A DNA stretch of 59,536 bases, counting the filler, from Jimgerdemannia flammicorona (lineage: Eukaryota): assembly GCA_003990765.1 (NCBI GenBank). It is 3 parts of 3 records of this genome, joined end to end, with 100 filler letters (N's around TTAATTAATTAA, not from the genome) between each part and the next. Parts side by side here need not be neighbours in the genome. Positions count along the whole stretch, not along the records: positions 19,888 to 39,664 come from RBNJ01001853.1; 2 more parts are not named here. One strand, written 5' to 3'. This document shows, one piece after another, positions 23,801-36,262 of the stretch. The first letter of the stretch is position 1, and each line of letters starts with the position of its first letter. The translations under genes and the position numbers were made by a program. The notes below the pieces were generated by a model that searched no databases, had not been told where the DNA came from, and saw only the letters and a list, made by a program, of their open reading frames with translations.

Positions 23801-26567
23801 TGTTAAATGATGGCAAGGAGAGAGATTGGAGGATCCAGCAGATCAGGCTAAAGGTAGAGAAGTTGAAGAGGTTTCTGAGACAAGAGGAAGATCTACAGAT
23901 AAAGAGTATAGTAGCTCAGCTGTGATAGTAGGAATTAGAGAAGAGAGAGAGGTCTATAAAATTTTATCTTGACTTCTGCAGGTGAGGAGAGTATGATAGA
24001 GATGGGAGAGTGTGTTAGATGAGATAAGAGAGTTGGTAGTTGAGATACCAGAGATTTTGGACTAGCTGAGCAAATAGTGGAGACAATTATAAAGTAAGAA
24101 GGAAGGAGAGGTGGAGGTGCTGGATATTAAAAGGTATCTGAAGAATAGTACTCTAATCTGACAGAGGGCTTAGGTGACCTTGATGCTTCTGTCTGAGGAG
24201 AGGAGATTCAGCAGATACTAACAATAATGAGCTTAGAGATAGTACCAAAGAAAGATAGCCTACCATGAGATTTTTGAAAGAAGATGACAAGAGTTAAGTT
24301 AGTTCTAGAGGAGATAATAGAGATGTATAATGAGGTCATTAGCTCAGGAGAGTAGATTGGGGGACAGTGCTTGGGTCTTGTGGCTCTGTTATTTAAGAAT
24401 AAGAGAAGAAGAGAGAAGTGGAAAAACTGGATACTAATCATGCTTCTGGATATGGATTATAAGCTAATCATGAAGATACTAGTGGCTAGGCTATAAGAAG
24501 TAGCTCAGCAAGTACTGGAGACTGAGCAGTGAGGGTTTGTAGAGAGATGGCTGATCAGAGATAAGATAGCCTGGATATATGATATCATCAAAGAAGCTTA
24601 CACTACTGGAGTAGATAGATATCTGATTTTTTTGGACCAAGAGAAGACCTATGATAGAGTCTGACAAGTATGGTTAAAAGGAGTACTAAAGCATATAAGG
24701 GTCCCCCCAGGGGTCTGGTGGATCTTGGTCAGTCTGCTAAAAGGGAGTTGGACAGTAATTCTGATAAATAGCTATAGAGGGGTTTCATTCTCTCTAGGCA
24801 GAGAAGTGTCATAGGGGGATCTACTGTTACCAATTCTGTATATATTGTCCCTAGAGCCTCTTTTGGATAGAATTCAGTAAAAGGTGAGGGGGTTGAATAT
24901 TCTGGGGATTAATTGGAAGATGAGGGCCTTTACTAATAATATAGTAGTCAGATTAGGGTTGACTGAAAATATAGTGATGCTGAAAGGTACAGTAAAGTGA
25001 TATGAGGAGTACTTAGATATTAAGCTCAACTAGTATAAGTATAAGACCTTAGTGTTAGAAGGAGAGATAGTAGATAGAGATGTAATTAGAATAATTATTC
25101 CTATAAGAAAAGCTGTTTGTTATCTGAAGATCTACTTCTTGGTATATGGTTTCTTGTTAACTCATAAATAGTGGGAGCAGCAGTTAGCAGAGTAGGAGAG
25201 TACTCTCTTGAGATAGGGTGATCATTATATATCTCTGGCAGAGAGGGTGATAGTATTGAATATATATATACTGATTATCTAAGCTATATTATCTGGAATA
25301 TTACTTGGACTTTCCAGTATAAGTAGTTAAGAGATTATTGAAGATGATCAGGACCTGGATATAGATAGGACAATAGAGTCAGATTGGCTAGGAGGTATTG
25401 ACCTTACTAGTAGATTAGAGATAACTGGGTCTGATGGATTTTTCCAAGCACCTTCATACTTGTGAGCATGATGGCTGAAGTGAGCTAGTGAGTTGAGGAG
25501 TGGAGAGTGAGTATCTCTCATGCAGAGAGTGTGAGAGGCCTGGTTCTCTCTCTGTGGTGTGACTGGAGATCTACTATCTCTAGTGACTTTGGAGAGGAGT
25601 CAGAGGATGTGCTTTTGAGGATTCTGGTGGAGAGTGGTTGATGGGGCTCATTATATTGATCTCTGATAATGGGGTAATGAGGGGGAGAAGAACTGGGGGT
25701 CTCAGATGTAAAGGTAGAACTGCCTTCTATTGGGCAGGGTACCAGTGGATGACTTCTGTTTAGAGGATAGCATGGAGTGTCTTTGGGAGCATGAGAGGGA
25801 TCTGTGGCCTAAGATATAGTAGAGAGAGAATTAGAGAAGAGTGGAATTAGAATGGCATTTAGTTATAGAGCAAGCAGACAGTAAGATGGATTTCCCTAAA
25901 GTTCTGAGTAGTATGGTGGAGACTTCTATAGTGTAATATAATATTAAACTACCAGTCAGATCATTTGGTAGAAAGAGATATCTGAGAGTATGAAAAGTGT
26001 CTAAATATCAGATAAGAGAGAAGAGTAGTATAGATATATATCTAAATATTAGCTAGAGAAGTGTGAGGTAATGAGAGACTTTTGAAGAGTAATTAAGGAG
26101 TAACTAAGAGTATGCTCACTAGAGCAGATGGTGGAAGAGAGGTGAGATGACCTCTGGAGGAGACTGATAGGGAGGTTGGGAGATAAGTGACTGATGTTAG
26201 AATGAGTACTGGTTATTTAGATCAGACTTATCAGATATTAATTATATGTATTTGAGGAAGGTCAATAGCTGATACTAAGAATGAGAGTTGCTAGATAAGA
26301 GTGGCTAATGTTGGACTTGTTGAATGGGTGGTAGAGAGGGTGAAGTACTAGTTGAGAGTATTAGTAGTAACTGATAGAGACAATTTGTAAGAAGAGTGGA
26401 GGAAGGATTGGGGTAGTAGAGAGGATGGTAGTATTTTGGAGAAATGGTGAGAGAAGGGAGAGGCTTTCTTGTGAGATTGGATGAGAGATTCATTGGTATT
26501 AGTATAATATAGATGGTTTGATAATAAAGTAGAAGTCTTTGTGACTATATGTAAAAAAAAAAAAAAA
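20804..26567 (+). mobile_element. Apparently full-length (5.76 kb) decayed L1-clade LINE: ORF1 ~20953-22834, ORF2 ~22831-26500, poly(A) tail
   Basis: ORF1 has NFADKVK and RRM-like EAIKEYRDIIDIGF; APE FLNIN and SDH; RT DQEKTYDRV; A-tail 26553-26567; 17-bp TSD 20787-20803 / 26568-26584 differing only by transitions. Confidence 0.9.
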
Positions 26568-29500
26568 GGGAGATGGTTGATAGGAGTGGAGAGATGAATG
26601 ACTGTGAGAAGATTGAGAGGTTGAGCTTACTAATAGATATAGGACACCTTGGGTAGAGAGATCACAGGATCTATACTTATTAGATAGTAGAGCTGAGATC
26701 AAGAATTGATTAGATATTGACTGCTGAGTGCTGGGAAGCAGATGTCTGGAGTTCTCTAAGGACAGTTTAGTATCCTTAGTCTGACCATTAGGATTTACTG
26801 GGTTGCAGAAGATTTAGAAGAAGTGGGGAGAGATCTGAATATTAGTGTCTGAATACTTCTTTACTAGAGGAACACTTCTTGTGAGATACATAGGTAGTAG
26901 ATATTAGCTCTAGAATTATTAGCTGAAGGACACAGAGGCTGGAGATTGGAGATTGTTGACAGTACTTGAAATACTTAGTAGTTCTTAGGTAAGACTAGGA
27001 GGGAGAGGGGTACTCAGAGGTTGGAGAGACTACTGAAGAGGTAGGCAGGATCTTTAGATAACAGAGAAGAAGGGAATTAGAGGGTTCAATGAATCTGACT
27101 AGAGGTGGAAGAATTGGAGAAGCTGCTCAGACAGAAGGAGGAATTGCAGATAAAGGGTATAGTAGCTTAATTGAGGTGGCAGGGCTTGGAGGAGAGGGGG
27201 AGGTCTATAAAGTTTCTGTTAAGACTACTTTAGATAAGAAGGACAAGACAGTGGTGGGAAGAAGTATTAGATGAGACAGATGATATAGTGATCAGGATAC
27301 TGGAGATTTTGGGCCAATTGAGATCTTAATGGAGACAATTATAAAGTAAGAAGAAGAATAAAGAGGATATACTGAACATTGAATAGCATCTAGAGAATTA
27401 ACACTCAGACCCAGCAGAGGGCCTAGATAATCTTGGAGTTTCTATCTATGAGAAGGAGGTCTATAGAGTTTTAGTAATGATGAGTCTTGGGATGACTCCA
27501 GGAGAGAATGAACTGTTTTAGAATTTTTGAAAAAGGATGACTAGTATGAAGGTGATACTGGAGGAGATAATATAGATATATGATGAAGTTATTAGCTCAG
27601 AGGTCTGAATTGGAGAGCAGTGCTTGGAGCTTATAGCTCTGTTATATAAGAATAAGAGAGGGGGGAGAATTGGAAGAATTGGAGACCAATTATACTTCTG
27701 GATATAGATTGCAAGTTGGTGATGAAGATACTGATAACTAGGTTGTAAAAAATGACTCAATAGATATTAGAGATAAAGTAGAGAAGCTTTGTCAGAGATT
27801 ATTTAATAAGAGATGAAATAGTATAAGTCTATGATATCATTGAAGAAGCTTGTACTACTGAGTTAAATAGTTGACTAGTATTTCTGGACTAAGAGAAGAC
27901 TTATGACAGAGTTTGGCATATATGGCTGAAGGGAATACTGAAGTGAATGGAGGTTCTCTCAGAGTTTAGAAAATTACTAATCAGTCTGTTGAAGGAGAGT
28001 TAGGCAGCTATTATAGTAAATGAATATAGGAGAGAGTTATTTCCCCTAGACAGAGGAGTGCTGCAGGGAGATTCACTGTTACTAATCTTTTATATCCTCT
28101 CTCTGAAGTCATTATTAGACAGAATTAGGTATAGGGTGGGAGAGTTGAATATTCTAGAAATAAACTAGAAGGTGGGGATCTTTGCTGATAATATAATAGT
28201 AGGACTGAACTCTGTAAAGGATATAACAGTGCTGAAGAGTATAGTAAAATAATATGAGAGGTACTCAGATACTAAGCTTAACTAGTATAAGTATAAGACT
28301 CTAATCTTAGATAAAGGAATAGTAAAAGAAGATATGATTGAAATAATTGTCTCAGCAGGAGAGGTAGTCTAATACTTGAGAATTTACTTCTTAGTATATA
28401 GTTATATATTGTCTCAGAAATAATAAGAGCAGTAGCTGATTGAGTGAGAAGATACTCTCTTGAGATAGAATAGTTAATATGTATCTCTGATAGAAAGGGT
28501 GATAGTGTTGAATATATATTAGCTATCTAAGTTATAGTATCTGGAGTATTACTTGGACTTCTCAGTATAGGTGGTTAAGAGGCTTGAAGATAGTCAGATT
28601 GACTGAAAGATGTTGACATTGATAGTAGACTGAAGAGAACTGAGTCTGGTAGACTTTACTAAGTATCTATACTACTTGAAAGTATTGTGGCTGAAGCAAG
28701 CTAGTAAGTTGAGGGATCAAGAGTGAGTATCTCTTATATAGAAAGTATGGGAGATAAATTTCTCTCTCCAGAATATATCTGATGACTTGCTCTCTCTAGT
28801 AGTACTGAAGAGGAGCTGGAAGATATACTATAGGGAATTCTGATAGAGAGTAGTTGATGGTACTCATCAAATTGGTCTCAGATGGTAGAATGATAAAGAG
28901 AAGGTAGACTGGAGATCCCAGATATAGAGATGAGATTATCTTCTATTAGAGGACATACTAGTGAATAATTTTAGTTTAGAGAATAGCTTGGAATATTTTT
29001 GGAAGTATAAGAGAGATTTATAGCCAGAGATCTAATAGAGGGTAAAAATCAGAGAGAAGTGAGACTGGAACAGTATTTAGTCTTAGAGCAAGTAAGTGGT
29101 AAGATAAATTCTTCCCAAGTTTTAGATGATATAATAGAGACTCTTGTAGTATAATGTGATGCTGAATTATAGGTTAGGACATTTAGTAGAAAGGGGTGCC
29201 TTAGAGTATAAGAAGTACTTTAATATTGGGCAGGAGGGTAGAGTAGTACAAACTCCTGAGCATTGGCTAAGAGAGTGTAAGATTATAAGAGACTTTTGGA
29301 GAACAATCAAGAATCAGTTAAGGATATAATCTTTTAGATAGATAGAGGGTAAGAGGTGAGGTGATCTCTAAAGAAGACTGATAAAAGAGGTGGAGGATGA
29401 GTGGTTGACTATTGGGTGAGTTCTGGCTATCTGGGTTGAGCTTACTGAACATTGACTATATGTATTTGAAAATAATCAGTATTTGGTACTTAGGGCATAA

Positions 29501-30334
29501 GTTGTAAGATAGAAATAATTATTACTAGACCTTTTAAATAGTTAGTAGTAGGAGTGGAGACCTAGAGAGAGGCTCTATAAGAGGCTTGTGGAGTATATTT
29601 GTAAAAAGAGTAGAGAGAGAGTTAAGGTTACTAAGAGGTTGGTGACTCTCCAGAGAGATAAAGAAAGAGAGAGAGAGAGAGGGAGAAGAAATTCTATATA
29701 GAATTGGGTGAAGAGTACATTTGTATATCTGTATTAGTATAACATAGAATGGAAGGTAATAAAGTGAAAGTCCAAGTAACTAAATATATATATATATATA
29801 TATATATGTGGATTTGTTTTTGTTCTCTTACTATGGAAAAAAAGACTATTTAAGACTAGTCAAGTGATTTTAACAAATTTGATAGTCAATATTGATCACG
29901 ATTTTTTGAGCGGCGTTGAATACCAATTTAATTAAGCGCCTCTACATTTCTCTATCTGCTCAGTATACTTTTGGGTGTTGTCTTTATAAGCCAGAAATGA
30001 GGATAGGGAGTGACAAGCCCTGACTTTAAGCAGAGCAGTTAATACATTCAAGAGGCGATTTGGTCCAGGCTCCAGAAACAGCATCCACTCATCTCCCCCT
30101 GCAAAGAAAATAAAATCCCCCCGAAAGCGCCACCTTGCATCGCAAGCCTGCTCGGTCATACGCTTGCTTTTGGACTCTTCCGACGCCTTGTGCAGTTGAA
30201 TCAACGTATTAGAACAGCTGAATGCATGACGTCACCCTGCCTGTAAACCCAAAATTGTTTGCCGCTGGCTACTTCTGTCTCTAGATTTTTCTTTCCATTT
30301 CGACGCGTGCCGCCCATAAAAAAAATTAAACAAA

Positions 30335-31284
30335 ATGATTCATAACGACGAATGGCGCCCGGAGCCTGAGATCAGCGCAACACACCAACCTGAACATGGA
30401 GAGGTTTATGAAGAGGAGACTCACGCCGCGAAGCATCAACCCCAACGGGGCCCTGCAAAACGTGTTGCAACTGGCCCTGTGAGGAAGCTAACTGAGGAGG
30501 AGCAAAGGCTGCGTGACATCGAGAAATACGAGGCCCATATCTTCTATTCGAACCGCTACTATGGTAGGCAGCTCCGCTTCGCCTAGCATTGCCCTCACAC
30601 GGGTAGTGGATGGCGACATTGGACAAAGAATCACCTTTCATCGTGTTTTTTGCTACTCGTTGTTACGATTATGCTCATACCCGTTGTTTCTCTGCGTATT
30701 GGTGTCGACGTTATTTGCACGTGTAGACGATGAATGCGAATATAGGCAAGCCGGGTTTCTATTTTGCTCAGCAACAAGAATGCCACCATACTCTTTCTTT
30801 TTGCTATAGTCAACTTATCGACTTGAGTCATATTTTCTCTTGACACTGCATTTGCCTCTGCAGGCACGTTTCCCTCCCCAAGACCTTGCTTAAATATGTA
30901 CCTCAGGGTCGGCTTTTGTCCGAGCCGGAATGGCGCGGCCTCGGGGTGAAGCAGTCGCAGGGATGGGAGCATTATATGGTGCATGGTGAGCATGAAATCG
31001 GATTTGGGTCGTTGAAATATTGTGTCATTTGTCGGATTCTATCTCATGATTATCTATTACGATTTAGCGCCCGAGCCTCACATCCTCCTTTTCAAGCGTG
31101 AGAAGGACTATCAGCAAAAGGTGAGTGGCGGCATGTATATTGAATATTTGACAGATACGAAAGCTTTGCTAAAGAGAGAACGACTGGAAAACCTCTGCAA
31201 TGCTGTCTCTATAATGACATTTGCGGGAACACTACTTCACCCTTACAGTATCCCAACGGCAAGCCAGATAATGTAGAGGCGTGA
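30335..31284 (+). CDS. CKS1: Cyclin-dependent kinase regulatory subunit (Cks1/Suc1), 152 aa; exons 30335-30563, 30727-30745, 30864-30985, 31068-31120, 31249-31284
   Basis: Spliced product has [56 protein letters not shown], the CKS signature; exon lengths sum to 459 nt. Confidence 0.96.
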
Positions 31285-31710
31285 CCATACATCACGCTGA
31301 TGACCTAATCGGACTTTCATTAGACCCTTATGTGGGGACCCAAATACTGAACAATCTGTCTTTTTGTACTGATGGGTTGATTGACAGAATGGAAGATCTG
31401 TTGCAATTGATGCGAGCTTTCTTTACTGCTTATTCCAGCCGTATCCAATTGTTCACTTTCCTTTTTGCATTATCCAACACCCTTTGCTCAAAACATAGTA
31501 CGTTGTGGCTGAACATATTCGTTTTGGAGGGTTTCATTGAGGTTTCTCTTTCTCACTTTTTATACCAATGTAAATGACTCTCATTGTTTCGTCGTTCATG
31601 GCTTTCCCACATAAAATATTGTTGTGACTGTCTCACTCTTCGAGTCACACGTCACATGACCCCTTTCTTTTCTTTCAGCGGTTTGTCTTGTTCGTCTCCC
31701 TATGTTAACT

Positions 31711-33225
31711 ATGGCTGACGAACAATTACTGGCGACACCCGGCTCTGAGCACGATGAAGACTATCTTGGTGTGTTTCAGCTGCTTTTTCACTCTATATGT
31801 TCGAACTCGTACCCCGTTCTCACTTATCCCGTTCCCTTTGATCGTAGTAACTGATAATGAGAATGCTCAGGTCCCTCCTGTTCACTTCATTGTCACTCAC
31901 GGAAAGATCCCATACGAGCTTGAAATGTCACCACTCTCCACTGTGTTAGAGCTAAAACAGGAGATCGAACAGCGGACTCAGATTCCTCCCACGATGCAGA
32001 AGCTTGTTTACAAAGGTACCTTCGGCTTATAAAACGGAAATACTGCGTAAACTGCCACAAGCCCTAAGTTAAACCGCCGTACTTCAGAAGAATGGTTTCT
32101 TAACAGTTGTCATTGCCCCAGGCATGCTTAAAGACGACATGACCATCGATTCCTCCAAAATCAAGGAGGGTGTTAAGGTCATCCTCATAGGTTCTAAAGT
32201 TGAAGACGTCCTCAAGATGGCAACGTCACAAACGACCACGAAGGAGGAAACACCTGAAGGTATAAATGGGTCTCGTTACTGACGAAGTTACTACGTGATG
32301 GTGACTCGTAGTTAATCGACATATAATTTTCAGTCCCAGAGAAAATACCGTTGAGCGAATTGACGGTAGGGTATCATGCGGTATCTCGGTTATAATTAGA
32401 AACGGAGGCCGGTGCCCTATTAGTTATCATAACTCGTCTATTGCTTTCTTCCCTAATCCCAATTATCTCCACCTTCCTGTACCCAAAAACATCTTTCGGA
32501 AATTAGGAGCACAAAAAAATTATATCTAAAGGCAAGCCGGACGACATCGAACCTAGTATCATCGGCAGGAAGGTGCTATATTCCGGCAATTAACTTGTGC
32601 TATGTTATTTCTCAAAAATGTCTTTTTTTTTTAAAAAAAAAAGAAACCCCTGTTTTTGTTTCTCTCCGATCGATGGGATATTCAGTTACCTCTACCTCCA
32701 GGTAAAAGCATTAAAGGCATGCTCAATTCCCTCGGCCAGCGCACGCGACTGACCTTCAAGGACGATCTTGAGCAAGTGTGGATTGGGACAGCTGGTAAGA
32801 TGGATAGACTTGTCGAAGCTGAGGAGCAAAGTTATTCCTTTAGTAGGTGTTGCACATCATGTCATTCGCGTAGACTGAATCATATCATCTTCACATTTTT
32901 CAGAACGGACACAAAAGATTGCGTATGACAGCATCAAGGCCGTGCAATCCGAACCCATCCAGGGGGATGAGACATACTATATCCTGAGTCTGCAACTCGG
33001 GCCGACAGAGAAGAGCAGATACTTCATATACTGGGTGCCGGCGCAGTATGTCGAAACGATCAAAGTAAGTTTGCTGCTTTTGAATGAGGCCAAACCTAGT
33101 TTCGGTCACTAGGGTCTTATTTAATTTTATTCCGCCCATCTGCTATATTCACGCACACACCCCAAACAATATTCAAATAACCCTTAAATAAGGACACCAT
33201 TATGGGAGGCTTTGTCTACTTCTGA
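31711..33225 (+). CDS. UBFD1: UBFD1-like ubiquitin-domain protein; exons 31711-31768, 31848-32015, 32122-32259, 32334-32365, 32507-32572, 32686-32794, 32904-33064, 33193-33225
   Basis: UBL domain ELKQEIEQRTQIPPTMQKLVYKGMLKDD; C-terminal RLTFK, LQLGPTEKSRYFIYWVPAQYVETIKDTIMG typical of UBFD1; all introns GT-AG and in phase. Confidence 0.9.
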
Positions 33226-33557
33226 GCTGCCCCAAGTCACAGGGATGAATGGTGGAAACAAACATATGGTCTTGAAACTTACATGACATTTCGCTAGTCT
33301 AGAAACTTTGCCAATTTGTGTGAGTAAGGGGGTGGTCACCGTTGATTGATCTTTTAAGCGAGACGTGGAGTCAAAATATATAATTGTTTTCTTTAATTTT
33401 GGAGGATTCGTACATATCCGCACAGAACCTTTGATCCTATGAAATTCATCAAAAAGCATCTCTTACCTGAATACACCCACCCAACTCGCAACATCGCAAA
33501 TACCACAAGTCAACTATTTCCCCCCATTCTTGCAATTTCCAATCGTTTCACACGTCG

Positions 33558-33672
33558 GTCTTCCACTTTATCATGTATTTGCTTTCCCGCGCCTACGATC
33601 ACGCCAAAGATATCAAGTTCGTCTTCGACTTTGTCATGTATTTGCTTTCCTGCGCCTACGATCACGCCAAAG
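33558..33672. repeat. Tandem duplication with 63-bp period
   Basis: 33558-33609 is nearly identical to 33621-33672. Confidence 0.92.
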
Positions 33673-34181
33673 TCGTCGCATCTGGAAAGGATTACAATTT
33701 TCAGCGCGAAAAATCATGATCACTGACAACGTAACTGCGAGAGGTGGTAGCAAAAATTCGGACAAACCCCACTGTGATGACCAAAAACCCCATTATCCCC
33801 ACATATCATAATACTTACACGGCCATTGTGGACACCCAAAGTGAGAAGACGGCTCTATCGACTTGTATGGGATGTGACCTAGACGAGAAGCCGTGACATT
33901 GGTGCTCTACCCGAGCTTCGCGCGAACATCCGAATCATCGAAAAAGGACATCTCCGATTAGCTGACAGACAACCGCTTCTTTTTATTATTATTATTTCCA
34001 ATAAAATAAAATAAAATGCGAAACATCGGATTTCTGATCTTTGAATTGGCCAAACGCGAAAGGCTCGAAAATAGCTTCTGGGCTCAATAGAATATACATT
34101 GTGCTTTACGATAAAAAGAAAGAGTACCGTATTGCTATTGCTAACATGGGCACCAGTAGCCACCTGCATTTTGTTGTCGCA

Positions 34182-35594
34182 TTACGCAAAGATCAATTCC
34201 TTCACCTTGTCGTGCCTCGGGATAAAACTGACCTTATATGGTTTGGGCCTCATGACAATACCACTCTGCCACTCGTTAATGTTTGGTGCTTTTCCACCTT
34301 TCTCCACCTCAATCCTGTACGACCACAGCAGCAGCGCCGTCCCCATGAATAGCTCCGCTTCCGCCAAGAAGATTCCGGGGCACATCCGCCTTCCCCAGCC
34401 GAACGCCATATTATCTCGTTTCGCGATCGGCCCATTTGCAGATGCAGGAATAGATTCGGTCATGTCGAGGTAGCGATCAGGGTCGAATCTTTCCGGGTGG
34501 GTCCACCGCGAGGAATCCATGTGCATGGCATGCACATTGATCACGATACTTGTGTCGGCGGGGATATGATAACCTTCGTATGTGTCATCCTGAACCGATT
34601 GATGCGGGAAATTGAGCCATCCAATAGGGGGGCGGAACCGTAATACCTCGCGAATAATGGCTCGGATGAAAGGTAGGTTGGCTTCATCGGCTTGATTAGG
34701 GAGACGGTCTCGGCCAACCATGGCATCGAGTTCAGCATGTGCGCGTTCTTGAACAATAGGGTGTAATGCAAGAATCGCAGTGATCCAAGAAAGAGTAACT
34801 CTGTGCAATGGAGTGGTCAAGATTAATTGACATTTGTGATATTAGATGTTGACTCTAGGCAAGGTGTTATAGTGCATCGTCCCGTTTCTTCATGAATAGA
34901 GAGACGCCAGAAAATAAATTCATTAATTACATACGCGCTTGTATCCAACCCTCCGCCAAAAAGATCAATGAAGAGATTGTGCACATCAAAGTCATCGATT
35001 CCTTCCTCTTCCATGTGCTCTAAAATATACTCGGCTACGCATGGCTGCGTGATCCCGCACTTCTTGTCCTCTTTGAATTTGTCGAACAACTTTTTCGTTA
35101 ATGAAAAATAGCCATCCATAATCTTCTTTGCTTTTTTGTCCAAACCGATAGGCAGACATTGTAGAAAGGGGAGTAGATTGACGACAGCATCCGCTTCTGT
35201 GGTTGTGGACACGAAATGGCCGTTAATGAGTTGCTCAACTCTGGGTTTGATTTTATTGAAAATAAAACGCAAGAACTTACCGATAACTTGAAACGTGTCT
35301 AAGATATACTTCAGCAGGTCTTTGACCACTAGGTCATCAGAAGTCTCGAGCCGCTTGCCGTATATTACTGTGTGAATGACACCAAGCGTGCCTCGATGGA
35401 AGCTACCTTCAGGATCTATAGTGGCGTCAAATAGTTGTCGCATCGTCTCTATGCTTTCTATTTCGATGAGGGGCGTGTACGATTCTACCGCTCTCTGCGA
35501 CATGGCGTGGTGCACTGAGTGTCGGATGTCAATAAGGAATAAGCATCATCGGAACATATACACTCGATAACAAATGCACGAGCTCACTGTTCAT

Positions 35595-35638
<44 letters not shown>

Positions 35639-36262
35639 AGTTAGGGATAGCCGCGCAACCTACCGATTCGACGCATTTTACGCCAGTAGTCACCTAGATG
35701 ATATTCAGCAAGGGCAGCAAAATTTAGGACTCTCATGGACGTGTCATTTCTCATTTTTCCACATTTTTACTTCGGATGCGATACCTACCAGACGACGCCA
35801 ACACCCCCCTACTTTCAGGGTGGACTATCTCGTTCATAACGACGGTTTTATCCCTGTTGGAGTAGTTTGCGCCCCGTTTCACCAATAATTCATGGGCGAT
35901 ATTCGGGTCGCTAATGATCACCCAACGCTTGACGCCAAGCTGGACCTGAAAGATTGGTCCGTACATTTTCGCCCATTTGTTGAAAGTGAGATATGGTTCC
36001 AGGCCGACTTGAAAAATGTTGCCTGATGAAACAGAATGGTCAGAAGAATCGCAGCATTCGATGCATTTAGAAACAGGTTTGCAACATATACTAAGATTCC
36101 CAAAATCGAATGGGGAATATATTAATTATATATACCAAAAATTGGGAGTCCCTTTGGCCTAGGAAGAGGCCTACTTCCGTTGGGAAGAATTTTCTTGCTT
36201 GTCGAAGCATAGTAATAAAGGCCACTGACAAGCGACAGGAAGACAAGGATGGAAACGAGCAT
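34182..36262 (-). CDS. Cytochrome P450, 501 aa; exons 36262-36136, 36022-35789, 35693-35664, 35514-35281, 35196-34935, 34800-34182
   Basis: N-terminal membrane anchor, PRPKGLPIFGN, WRKMR, GGLDTSA (I-helix), EVLR, PERF, FGWGRRMCPG heme motif; exons sum to 1506 nt. Confidence 0.96.

Larger units (their letters stand above)
19912..29807 (+). mobile_element. L1-clade LINE host copy (19912-20803 plus 26568-29807), from the end of ORF1 through ORF2, with (TA)n tail
   Basis: APE start MNSITRIFSLNINELR; decayed RT motifs; family 3' end AAGTCCAAGTAACTA; continuous across the nested LINE once the TSD is removed. Confidence 0.88.

Noticed and set aside
26568..29807. Apparent independent LINE inserted into the previous copy's poly(A) tail
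   Set aside because: The 17-bp TSD shows it is the downstream half of the host LINE that starts at 19912.
29932..30204. 90-aa minus-strand ORF divergent from CKS1
   Set aside because: Non-ATG start, no recognisable domain and no convincing splice chain; cannot be supported from sequence alone.
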